A DNA stretch of 60,790 bases, from NCBI GenBank assembly GCA_035699665.1, contig DASSPJ010000006.1, forward strand, positions 1 to 60,790, in the 5' to 3' direction. The translations under genes and the position numbers were made by a program. The DNA is from Candidatus Limnocylindria bacterium. Its GTDB lineage: Bacteria; Chloroflexota; Limnocylindria; QHBO01. The first letter of the stretch is position 1; every line of letters starts with the position of its first letter. Shown here piece by piece: positions 8,749 through 16,983 of this stretch. Under the pieces are notes generated by a model. The model did no database searches, was not told the DNA's origin, and was given only the letters and a program-made list of their open reading frames with translations.

Positions 8749-8779
8749 CGCGGCACCGGAGGGCGTGCGTGGTGCCGCG
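8749..8779 (+). terminator. hairpin downstream of the GGDEF-EAL gene
   Basis: CGCGGCACC / GGTGCCGCG forms a 9-bp stem with a 13-nt loop. Confidence 0.3.
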
Positions 8780-8814
8780 GCCCGCGTGTGCGGCGCGTCC
8801 GGCATCATCGGTCC

Positions 8815-9849
8815 ATGCAGGACGACCCGCTGATGCTGAAGCGCCGCGACCGGGTAGCCCGCGAGACTGCCGAGGCCGCCCTCTCGCCGATCGCCACGCG
8901 TTCGCGGGAGACGCGTGGGCGGGAGCGCCCCGAGGAGCCCGACGCGTTCCGCACCGCCTTCGAGCGTGATCGCGACCGGATCATCCATGCCAAGGCGTTT
9001 CGCCGCCTGAAGCACAAGACGCAGGTCTTCCTGAACCCGGAGGGCGACCATTTCGTCACGCGCCTCACCCACACCCAGCACGTCGCCCAGATCGCCCGCG
9101 CGCTGGCTGCGGCGCTCGGCCTCAACGAGCCCCTGGCCGAGGCGATCGCGCTCGGCCACGACGTCGGCCACACGCCGTTCGGCCACACCGGCGAGGAGGC
9201 GCTGGACCCGTACTTCCCGCCCGATGGCTGGCACCACGCGGCGCAGAGCGTCCGCATCTTCGAGGTGCTCGAGGACCTCAACCTGACCTGGGAGGTGCGC
9301 GACGGCATCCGCGCCCACTCATGGAAGATCGATCCGCCTCCGGCGACCCCGGAGGCGCTCACCGTCCGCTATGCCGATCGGATCGCCTACCTGTCGCACG
9401 ACGCCCTCGATGCGATCCGCGCCGGGGTGCTCACCGCTGCCGAGCTGCCGGCCGGGGTGGTGGACCGGTTCGGCGAGCCGGGGCGTGCCTGGATCGGGCG
9501 CATGATCGAGGCGGTGGTGGACACGTCGCTCCGCGTCGGCCGGGTGGAGATGGACCCGGCGACGCTGGCGGTGATGCACGAGCTGCGCGGATTCATGTTC
9601 GAGCGCGTCTACCAGTCGCCGGGCCAGCGGGCGCAGCAGGCGGCGGCGGTGCGCGTCCTGCGCGACCTGGTCGACTGGCATCTCGAGCGCCCGGACCAGA
9701 TCCCCGACACCTACCGGCAGCACGAGGCCCCGCCGATCGTGCAGGTCACCGACTACGTGGCCGGCATGACCGACCGCTACGCGCTGCGCGTGCACGCCGA
9801 GCGCATCGGCGGCGTGGATCTACCGGTCGGGCTCGCCTCCCCCGACTGA
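8815..9849 (+). CDS. dgt: dGTP triphosphohydrolase-like HD-domain protein
   Basis: Motifs present: FERDRDRIIHAKAFRRLKHKTQVF, HDVGHTPFGH, YADRIAY. I chose the ATG at 8815 over the GTG at 8788. Confidence 0.8.
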   Translation: MQDDPLMLKRRDRVARETAEAALSPIATRSRETRGRERPEEPDAFRTAFERDRDRIIHAKAFRRLKHKTQVFLNPEGDHFVTRLTHTQHVAQIARALAAALGLNEPLAEAIALGHDVGHTPFGHTGEEALDPYFPPDGWHHAAQSVRIFEVLEDLNLTWEVRDGIRAHSWKIDPPPATPEALTVRYADRIAYLSHDALDAIRAGVLTAAELPAGVVDRFGEPGRAWIGRMIEAVVDTSLRVGRVEMDPATLAVMHELRGFMFERVYQSPGQRAQQAAAVRVLRDLVDWHLERPDQIPDTYRQHEAPPIVQVTDYVAGMTDRYALRVHAERIGGVDLPVGLASPD

Positions 9850-10770
9850 TGCCGCGGGCCGGAACAGGCGCAGCGCGCCGGGATCGACGCGGAAGGTGGC
9901 CGGCGTGCTGCCCACCGAACGCCCGTCCACGTGCACCGGGTGCTGTCGTCGCGGGCCCTCCACCCGGACCTCGGTGGCGCGCCGCCTGATCATCCGCGGC
10001 TCGCGAACCGGGCGGTGGCGGGCGACGCGCACGAAGTGGACCAGCACGTCGATCCGCCGCATGCCGGCGAAGATGGCCACGTCGAGGAGCCCGTCCTGCG
10101 GGTCCGCCTCCGGGGCCAGCGCGAAGCCGAACCCGTGGTAGGGCCCGTTGCTGATGGTCACCGCCGGCGCACCGGTGTGGTACGTGCGGCCGTCGAGGCT
10201 GATGCGCATCGGCGAGCGCCGCCGGCGCAGGGCGCGCCAGGCCCGCACGACCATCGCCAGGGCGTTTGTCCGCTCGCCCGCCTCCACCGCTCCGAATCCC
10301 TCGGCGTCGAGCCCCACGCCGGCCGCCTCGAAGAACCGCTCCTCCCGGTCCCCGACCCGCGCGATCCCGGCGTCGATGCGGGCGGCGTGACCCGCACCGA
10401 TGGCGTCGAGCGCCGGGTCGAGCTCCAGCGGCACGCCCGCGCCCCGCGCGACGTTGTTGAAGCTGCCGCGGGCCAGGATCCCGAGCGTGGCGTCGCGGCC
10501 ACACAGGGCGGCGGCGACGGCCCCCACCGTCCCGTCGCCTCCGGCGACCACCACGTCCATGTCGCGATCGTCCGCGGCCACCGCCAGGTCGGCGGCGTCG
10601 TCGTCCTCCGCCAGCTCGTGCAGCTCGACCTCGAGGCCCCGCTCCCGCAGCGCGGCGGCCAGCGCCTCCGGGGTAAGCAGCTCCGGGTCGTCGGCAAGGT
10701 CCGGGCCGGACCCGAGCTTGCCGCCGGCGACCGGGTTGACGAGGAGCAGGACCGGGCGGCGCTCGCTCAC
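9820..10770 (-). CDS. diacylglycerol-kinase-family lipid kinase (YegS/BmrU-like)
   Basis: This is the C-terminal part of track ORF 9820..11121. The GTG at 10770 overlaps the upstream stop (GTGA). Motifs: VLLLVNPVAGG, AGGDGTVGAV, GSFNNVAR. The 3' end overlaps the convergent dgt gene by 30 nt. Confidence 0.8.
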   Translation of the reverse strand: MSERRPVLLLVNPVAGGKLGSGPDLADDPELLTPEALAAALRERGLEVELHELAEDDDAADLAVAADDRDMDVVVAGGDGTVGAVAAALCGRDATLGILARGSFNNVARGAGVPLELDPALDAIGAGHAARIDAGIARVGDREERFFEAAGVGLDAEGFGAVEAGERTNALAMVVRAWRALRRRRSPMRISLDGRTYHTGAPAVTISNGPYHGFGFALAPEADPQDGLLDVAIFAGMRRIDVLVHFVRVARHRPVREPRMIRRRATEVRVEGPRRQHPVHVDGRSVGSTPATFRVDPGALRLFRPAASVGGGEPDR

Positions 10771-11141
10771 GGGCTGCCGTTCGGCGGCGCGCCGCGGCTG
10801 ACCGTGGCCCGGTAGCTCTGGAACGTCCCGTCGCCGCACTCGACGGCCAGCTGGGCCGGCAGGTCGTTGGCGGTCCCGGTCACCGGGGCGCTCCCCGCCG
10901 GTCCGTAGACGCGCCGCGTGGCCAGGCCGATCAATGCGGCGCCGATCTCCACCGGCTCGGCCGTGCTGGACCCGATCCGCGGCTGGGCGGTGGGGGACCC
11001 GTCCGGCTCCCACGCCTCGTCCTGCCAGACGAGCCGCGCCGGACAGCCCACCCGCGTGGTGGCCAGATTGAGGCCGACGACACCGATCGCCACGAACAGG
11101 AGCAGACCGACCCCCAGGCATCCGATGGCGCGCCAGTTCAC
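10767..11141 (-). CDS. hypothetical small membrane-anchored protein
   Basis: The GTG at 11141 overlaps the acyP stop (GTGA). It has one N-terminal TM helix (IGCLGVGLLLFVAIGVVGL). GC3 is typical of the host. Confidence 0.5.
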   Translation of the reverse strand: MNWRAIGCLGVGLLLFVAIGVVGLNLATTRVGCPARLVWQDEAWEPDGSPTAQPRIGSSTAEPVEIGAALIGLATRRVYGPAGSAPVTGTANDLPAQLAVECGDGTFQSYRATVSRGAPPNGSP

Positions 11142-11422
11142 GGGCGGTGGATCTCGAATCGCTCGTGCTGCCCGCTGGCCGGCGAGCGCACGGCCTCGAC
11201 CGCCTCCACGCGAGCGCCCGCGGGGCCCTGCCGCAGGTGGGACTCCAGGAGGTCCAGGCGCTCGGGAGGTCCTTCGGCCACCACGCGCACCGATCGCTCG
11301 TCGTCCTCGTTCATGACCCACCCGGTCAGCCCGAGCTCCTCGGCGCGGCGCCGCACCCACCAGCGGAAGCCGACCCCCTGGACGTGCCCCCGGATGCGCG
11401 CCTCGAGGCGGGTGCCGCTCAC
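11138..11422 (-). CDS. acyP: acylphosphatase
   Basis: 94 aa from the GTG at 11422, which overlaps the holB stop (GTGA). It carries the signature RIRGHVQGVGFRWWV and a family-typical length. Confidence 0.75.
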   Translation of the reverse strand: MSGTRLEARIRGHVQGVGFRWWVRRRAEELGLTGWVMNEDDERSVRVVAEGPPERLDLLESHLRQGPAGARVEAVEAVRSPASGQHERFEIHRP

Positions 11423-12531
11423 CGCGACGGCTCCAGGACCGGCCATGCCAGCATCGCGACGGACATCGCCAGCCGCGGGGCCGCGTTCGTCGCCACCGAC
11501 TCGCGGACCCGCTCCAGGACCCGCACGGCGTTCGCCGCGTGGACCGGGGAGATGCGGCCGCCGGCGGCCTCGATGCCCTCGACCAGCTCGATTCCCGGGG
11601 CCAGTCCCGGGCGGCCGGCGGCCACGACGGCGAGATCTCGGGCCAGCCCGATCCACGCCTCGAGCACCAGCAGCGCGCCGGCGCGCTGCTGCGCGGTCGC
11701 CGGGGCCGCCGGCTGGCCGTCCGTCGTCGCCGGCTCCTCCTCGCTCGGCAGCGCCATGCGCGACGCCTCGGCGACCAGCTCGCGGGCCGCGGCGAAGCGG
11801 TCGGCGCGGCCGCGCTCCAAGAGCCCGAGCAGCTCGCCCTGGACCCGCCGTCGCCACTCCAGGAGGCCCGGCTGGCGGGCGTAGCCGATCGCCGTGCCGG
11901 CCATCCCATTCGCGATGCGGGCGACCGCCCGCGCCTGGTCATCGGTCAGGTGCTCGCGCTCGACCAGCCAGACGACCAGCTCGTTGCGCGGCACCGGTCC
12001 GAGGCGCAGCACCTGCGCCCGCGAGCGGATGGTGGGCAGGAGGCGCGCCGGGTCGGTGGCGGTCAGGACGAACAGCTGGCGCCGGTTCGGCTCCTCGAGC
12101 GCCTTGAGCAGGGCGTTCTGGGTCGCCTCGCCGGCAAGGTCGGCGGCCTCGATCAGCACGACGCGGTGCCGTGCCACGATCGGCGCACCCGAAGTCTCGA
12201 GGAGCCAGCGGCGTGCGGCCGCGACGATCGACTCGCCACCGCTGCGGGCGTCGCGCCAGGCGGCGGCGGAGCCGACCACCAGGTCGGGGTGCGCGCGGGC
12301 GCGCGCCTCACGGCAGCCGCGGCACGCGTTGCACGGGCGCTGTGCCGGATCCGCGTCCGCGCACAGCAGGAGGGCCAGCAGGTCGTCCACGAACCCGTCC
12401 AGGCCGGCGCCGGCAGGCCCGTGCACGAGCAGCGTTCGGCCCAGCCGATCGCGCTGCGCGGCGCCCATCACGATGCCGCGCGCGGTCGCCTGGCCGAGCC
12501 CGAGGAAGCCGGGAACGATGGCCGTGTCCAC
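11419..12531 (-). CDS. holB: DNA polymerase III subunit delta-prime
   Basis: Motifs: LLVHGPAGAG, the zinc module CNACRGCR, VVLIEAADL..NALLKALEEP, TIRSRAQ. I chose the GTG at 12531 because a TATACT -10 box (12543-12538) ends 6 nt upstream, implying a leaderless transcript. Confidence 0.75.
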   Translation of the reverse strand: MDTAIVPGFLGLGQATARGIVMGAAQRDRLGRTLLVHGPAGAGLDGFVDDLLALLLCADADPAQRPCNACRGCREARARAHPDLVVGSAAAWRDARSGGESIVAAARRWLLETSGAPIVARHRVVLIEAADLAGEATQNALLKALEEPNRRQLFVLTATDPARLLPTIRSRAQVLRLGPVPRNELVVWLVEREHLTDDQARAVARIANGMAGTAIGYARQPGLLEWRRRVQGELLGLLERGRADRFAAARELVAEASRMALPSEEEPATTDGQPAAPATAQQRAGALLVLEAWIGLARDLAVVAAGRPGLAPGIELVEGIEAAGGRISPVHAANAVRVLERVRESVATNAAPRLAMSVAMLAWPVLEPSR

Positions 12532-12537
12532 CGGCCG

Positions 12538-12543
12538 AGTATA
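12538..12543 (-). promoter_or_regulatory. -10 element TATACT for leaderless holB
   Basis: On the minus strand CCTATACTCGGCCG-GTG; the gap to the start codon is 6 nt. Confidence 0.5.
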
Positions 12544-12792
12544 GGTGCGCGGGTCGCTCCGGCCCGGCGCTAAGCCGGCCCTAAGCGGCCGGTACGCGGC
12601 GGGCACCCATGCTGTGACAACCCCCGCGGGACCGTCACGGGCACGGCCGCTGGCGGCCGGCCGGCAACCGGATCCGCCCCCGAGCGACGGGACCGCGGGG
12701 CGTGCGCCTCGCCCGACCTGCCCAATCGTCAGATCGAGCCCCGGGTGGCATACTTCGTGCACCCCAGCACGCCCGAGGCAACAGGAGGTTCC

Positions 12793-13635
12793 ATGCGCAT
12801 CGGCAGCCGGCCGGCCCCTACGGCCGACGACATCTCGACCAACGTCAAGGCGCTGGTCGATCGCGTCCTCGAGGCGGACATCACCGACACCATCGCGCAG
12901 CGCGGCCGCGAGCTGGCGGCAGCCGTCGGCGAAGCGACCGACGCCGCGGTGGATCGCGCCGGTGACACGTGGCGCGAGACCGCGCCCGCGCGCCGCGAGG
13001 CGATCAAGAACATCAGCCGCGCCAGCAGCGACGCGACGAAGTGGGGCAATCGCGCGTGGCGCAAGGATCTGCAGCCCCGCCTGCGCGATCTATGGAAGCG
13101 CCGCGCGGTGGCCCTGGGCGCCGCGGGTGCCGCCATCCCGGCCAGCCGCGAGCTGGCCGAGACGGCCGCGGTGCGACTCGGGCTGAAGCAGCGTGAGGAG
13201 CGGCGCTGGGGCGCCTTCTTCCTCGGTCTGCTGCTCGGCGCCGCGGGGGGTGTCATCGTCGCCCTGCTGACCGCACCGAAGCGTGGCAGCGAGCTGCGCG
13301 AGGAGCTCGTCGAGCGCGCCCAGGAGGCCAAGGAGGTCGTGACCGAGAAGGCGGCGGCCGTGGCCGAGAACGCCGGCGACTGGGTCCCGCTCTTCCAGCG
13401 CGACGAGCCGGGCGCCGCGGACGCCTACGCCGCTGCGGGCAGTGACGCGGAGCCGACCGCGTACCAGGCCGACGCATCGCTTCCCGCGGCTGCCGAGACG
13501 GCTCCCGACACCTACGACAGCGGGATGCACGCCAACGCGGAGGCGGTCTCCGACGTCGCCCTCGACGCCGGCGAGCCGGGCGACGAGATGACCGACGCGG
13601 TTGCCCAGGAGGTCGACGAGCGCGAGGGCGCCTGA
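12793..13635 (+). CDS. YtxH-like membrane-anchored protein with acidic C-terminal tail
   Basis: The ATG at 12793 is preceded by AGGAGG at a spacing of 5 nt. It has a central TM helix followed by LLTAPKRGSELREEL (YtxH motif) and a low-complexity acidic tail. Confidence 0.65.
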   Translation: MRIGSRPAPTADDISTNVKALVDRVLEADITDTIAQRGRELAAAVGEATDAAVDRAGDTWRETAPARREAIKNISRASSDATKWGNRAWRKDLQPRLRDLWKRRAVALGAAGAAIPASRELAETAAVRLGLKQREERRWGAFFLGLLLGAAGGVIVALLTAPKRGSELREELVERAQEAKEVVTEKAAAVAENAGDWVPLFQRDEPGAADAYAAAGSDAEPTAYQADASLPAAAETAPDTYDSGMHANAEAVSDVALDAGEPGDEMTDAVAQEVDEREGA

Positions 13636-13659
13636 CCGCCGAACTCCCCCACACATGAC

Positions 13660-13687
13660 AACGGCCGGCCCGTCAGGGCCGGCCGTT
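13660..13687. terminator. bidirectional hairpin between convergent genes
   Basis: AACGGCCGGCCC-GTCA-GGGCCGGCCGTT forms a perfect 12-bp stem. Confidence 0.6.
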
Positions 13688-13704
13688 GGTCGTCAGCGCG
13701 CGGG

Positions 13705-14850
13705 TCAGCGCGTGGTGCGCCCGGAGCGGAACCGCTCCCAGATGCCCTGCGTGCCGTCGCCGTCGGTCGCGGCCTCGGCCGGCGCCGCTTCCGCATCGGC
13801 CTTGCGGCTGCGGCTGCGGGTGGCCCGCTTGGGCTTCTCCTCGGTCGCGGCCTCGGCCGGCGCGAGGGGTGCGGGCATCTCGATGCCGAGCTCGGCCAGG
13901 GTGGCCTCGTCGACCTCCTCGAAGCCGATCTCGCTGTCGGGGTCGCCGAGCGCGAGGGTCTCGATGGCGCCGTCGACCTGCGACAGGTCGTCCAGCTCCT
14001 CCCAGCCGATCTCCGCACCCGGGTCGACGGTGGCTGGCTCGCCCTCCGGCGCCGTGCCCTCGTCGCGCCGCCGCCCGCGGCCGCGGCCGCCGCGCCGCCT
14101 CCGGCGCCGCCGGCCCTCGTCGCCGTTCGAGCGGTCGAGGACTGCGGCCGCCGACTCCTCGGGCGCGATCTCCACGGGCCCACCCATCTCGGCGGTCGGG
14201 ATCGGCGCGGTGCGCGCTCGGCGGGTGCGGGTGGCCCCGGCCGGCGACTCGCCGGTGCGCAGCGCCGCCAGGGCCGCCGCCGCGACGGATCGCGACGCCT
14301 CGCGGAAGCCGAACTCGGGGTTGACCTCCTTGGCCGGCATCTCCGGGGCGGCCATCGTCCGACTGGCCTTGCCGCGCTCGATGGAGGCGACCTTCATGAT
14401 GTCCAGGAACTCGTCGGCGACCGCGATGAGGTCGCTCGAGGTGTTGGGACGGAAGCTGATCACCTCGCAGCGCACGCCCCGGTCCTGGAGCGCGCGGATG
14501 GCGGAGGCGAAGTCGCCGTCGCCGGAGACGATCACGGCGATGTCCATCCGGTCGGCGAGGCGGAACAGGTCGACGACGAGCTCGATGTCGAGGTTCGCCT
14601 TGACCCGGCCGTCGCCGAACTTGCGGATGTCCTTGCTGACGACCTTGTAGCCGTTCTTGGTGAGGAAGTCGAGGAACTTCCGCTGGTTCTCGTTCTCCGG
14701 GTCGAGCCCGGAGTAGGCGTAGGCGCGAATGAGGTCGCGCCCCTTGGTGGCGTGCTTGAGCAGAGCGACGTAGTCGACGTCGACATCCTGCCCGCGCGCG
14801 GCGTAATACATGTTGGCGACGTCAACGAACATCGCCACGTTCTTGCTCAC
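13705..14850 (-). CDS. NYN-domain (LabA/DUF88-like) protein with long disordered Arg-rich/acidic C-terminal region
   Basis: The N-terminal ~165 aa form an NYN fold (VAMFVDVANMYY, IVSGDGDFASAIRALQDRG). The remainder is low complexity and includes RRRRRRRGGRGRGRRRDEG. The start is a GTG at 14850. Confidence 0.8.
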   Translation of the reverse strand: MSKNVAMFVDVANMYYAARGQDVDVDYVALLKHATKGRDLIRAYAYSGLDPENENQRKFLDFLTKNGYKVVSKDIRKFGDGRVKANLDIELVVDLFRLADRMDIAVIVSGDGDFASAIRALQDRGVRCEVISFRPNTSSDLIAVADEFLDIMKVASIERGKASRTMAAPEMPAKEVNPEFGFREASRSVAAAALAALRTGESPAGATRTRRARTAPIPTAEMGGPVEIAPEESAAAVLDRSNGDEGRRRRRRRGGRGRGRRRDEGTAPEGEPATVDPGAEIGWEELDDLSQVDGAIETLALGDPDSEIGFEEVDEATLAELGIEMPAPLAPAEAATEEKPKRATRSRSRKADAEAAPAEAATDGDGTQGIWERFRSGRTTR

Positions 14851-14926
14851 GGTCGAGCTGTACTCCTAGAGAGTTTGAATGACCGATGCGCCCGCGTGGC
14901 GTCCCGGCCCCGGCGCGCCGCCGGTG

Positions 14927-15343
14927 TCATCCGGTGGCGCGGCTCAGGAGCGTCCCCTGGCCCGCGAAGCCGGCCGCATTCAGCAGCGGCGCCTCTGCGC
15001 TTGCCAGGGGGTCGGTGACCTCCACGCGCGTGCATCCCTTGTTGCGCGCCGAGGCGACGAGGTGCTCGATGATCGAGCGACCGATCGTCTCCCGGAGCGA
15101 GTCGTCAGGCTCGCCGCCGCGCGCCGTCTCCGTGTCGAGCGCCAGGCCGAGCTCATCGATACAGCCGATGAACGGGCCCGAGCGCACCGAGGGTCGCATG
15201 GACAGGACTCCCACGCCGACGATGCGGTGCTCCACCTCGGCAACCACGACGGTCGCGGCGGGGACGTAGAGCAGGCTCCGCAGCAGATCGGCGTCCTCGC
15301 GTCCACCCGTCGTCGAGCCGTGGCGGCGTGCGAGCACGCGCAC
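14927..15343 (-). CDS. GNAT-family N-acetyltransferase (start uncertain)
   Basis: The core reads VVVAEVEHRIVGVGVLSM ... GRSIIEHLVASARNKGCTRVEV. The frame stays open upstream to 15409 with a GNAT-like N-terminus (RSARLTDIDAAV), but no ATG/GTG/TTG occurs there. Confidence 0.6.
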   Translation of the reverse strand: MRVLARRHGSTTGGREDADLLRSLLYVPAATVVVAEVEHRIVGVGVLSMRPSVRSGPFIGCIDELGLALDTETARGGEPDDSLRETIGRSIIEHLVASARNKGCTRVEVTDPLASAEAPLLNAAGFAGQGTLLSRATG

Positions 15344-15543
15344 CGCGGCGTCGATATCGGTCAGGCGGGCGCTTCGGACGTGGAACTCCAGAGCGTGGTC
15401 CCTTTGGTCTCAGACGGCAGCGCGCGTGGGCGGCTGCGTGACGTACCGCGGAGAAGGATACCAGACGTGGACCTGAGCGCCCGGAGGAGTCCGGTGCCAC
15501 TGAACCCGGTGGCGTCGAGGGGGATACTCACCCTCAGAGGCGC

Positions 15544-15581
15544 GGAACACCCTTGCACCCCAGGAACACCCTTGCACCCCA
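15544..15581 (+). repeat. perfect tandem duplication, 2 x 19 nt (GGAACACCCTTGCACCCCA)
   Basis: The copies are at 15544-15562 and 15563-15581, in the liv operon upstream region. Each copy carries the -35-like hexamer TTGCAC. Confidence 0.9.
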
Positions 15582-15601
15582 CCGGAGCGCACGGCTATGA
15601 T
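15572..15601 (+). promoter_or_regulatory. candidate liv operon promoter (TTGCAC - 18 nt - TATGAT)
   Basis: The -35 lies in the second repeat copy and the -10 TATGAT is at 15596-15601. GGAGGAAGG lies upstream of the ATG at 15665. Confidence 0.4.
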
Positions 15602-15664
15602 GCGCGCCACTCTTGACGAAGTGCGCATGCTCGCGCCGTTCCGAGCAACTGGAGGAAGGACTGG

Positions 15665-16957
15665 ATGACATATTACCGTTGGACCGCGATCCTCGCGGTC
15701 CTCTTGCTCGCCCTTGCGGCGTGCTCGCCCACCCCGAGCGGGTCGGTCAGCGGCTCAGGTGCCGCATCCGCATCGGCCAGCGGTGGCGCCACCGGCGACC
15801 CGGAGACCGTGTGTGCCGAGGATGAGTTCGGCTGCGTCGAGGTTGGGGATGGCGAGGCCATCCGCATCGCGACCGCCCTGGTCATCAACGGCCCCGACTC
15901 GAACCTCGGCCTCGATGCCCAGTACGGTGTCGAAGTCGCCAACGAGGAGCGCCCGGAGATCGCCGGCCACGAGGTCGAGCTCGACTTCAACGACGACGGC
16001 TGCTCGGCCGAGGGTGGCACCACCGTTGCGCAGAACCTCGCCTCCGACACCACCATCGCGGCGGTGATCGGGACGAGCTGCTCGAGCGCCGGCGTGCCGG
16101 CCTCCGAGATCCTGAGCGACGCTGGCGTCGTGCTCCTCTCCCCGTCGGCCACCGCGCCGGGGCTCACGCTCCCGGACGCGCGCCAGCCGTTCTTCTTCCG
16201 CACCGCGCATAACGACGAGATCCAGGGCGCGGCAATGGCGGACTTCGCCTACAACGTGCTGGGCGTCAAGACCGCGGCCACCATCCATGACGGCGGCCCG
16301 TACACCGAGCAGCTCCAGCAGGTCTTCGCCGACTCGTTCGTCGAGCTCGGTGGCGAGATCACCGGCACCGAGGCGGTCGATCCCAAGGCGACCGACGTCA
16401 GCGGTCAGCTGACCTCGCTCGCGGCGGGCACGCCCGAGTTCCTCTTCTTCCCGATCTTCACGCAGGCCGGTGGGCAGGTCGCCCGCCAGGCGCATCAGAC
16501 CGAGGGCCTCGAGGACACGATCCTCGCCGGCGCCGATGGCCTGCTGAGCCCCGCCTTCATCGAGGCGGCCGGTGCGGAGAACGCGGAGGGGATGTACCTC
16601 TCCGGTCCGCAGGCCGACTTCGGCGATCGCTACCAGGACGAGTTCCTGCCGGCGTACACCGATGTCTCGGGCGAGGAGGAGCCGATCTCGGCCTTCCACG
16701 CGCATGCCTACGACGCCTACAACATCATCGCGGACGCCATCGAGGCGGTCGCGCTGGAGGGCGACGACGGCACGCTGTACATCCCGCGCACGGCGCTCAA
16801 GGACCAGATTGCCGGCCTGAGCAACTATCCCGGCCTCACCGGCGACCTGACCTGCAACGAGAACGGCGACTGCGCCAACTCGACGATCACGGTCCGCGAG
16901 GTCCGCGAGGGCGAGTTCGTGCCGATCTGGAACTCCGTCGAAGGCGACCTCGAGTAG
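15665..16957 (+). CDS. branched-chain amino acid ABC transporter substrate-binding lipoprotein (LivJ/K family)
   Basis: It has a signal/lipobox (LLALAACS) and periplasmic binding protein type-I features. It is followed by the livHMGF genes. Confidence 0.85.
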   Translation: MTYYRWTAILAVLLLALAACSPTPSGSVSGSGAASASASGGATGDPETVCAEDEFGCVEVGDGEAIRIATALVINGPDSNLGLDAQYGVEVANEERPEIAGHEVELDFNDDGCSAEGGTTVAQNLASDTTIAAVIGTSCSSAGVPASEILSDAGVVLLSPSATAPGLTLPDARQPFFFRTAHNDEIQGAAMADFAYNVLGVKTAATIHDGGPYTEQLQQVFADSFVELGGEITGTEAVDPKATDVSGQLTSLAAGTPEFLFFPIFTQAGGQVARQAHQTEGLEDTILAGADGLLSPAFIEAAGAENAEGMYLSGPQADFGDRYQDEFLPAYTDVSGEEEPISAFHAHAYDAYNIIADAIEAVALEGDDGTLYIPRTALKDQIAGLSNYPGLTGDLTCNENGDCANSTITVREVREGEFVPIWNSVEGDLE

Positions 16958-16983
16958 GGTCCGCCGAACGACCATGCAGAACC

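Noticed and set aside
9820-9849. 30-nt convergent overlap of dgt and the lipid kinase gene as a sign of mis-annotation or a frameshift
   Set aside because: Both C-termini read normally up to their stops and both frames carry family motifs well upstream. Short convergent overlaps also occur at 22007-22013, so this appears to be normal compaction.
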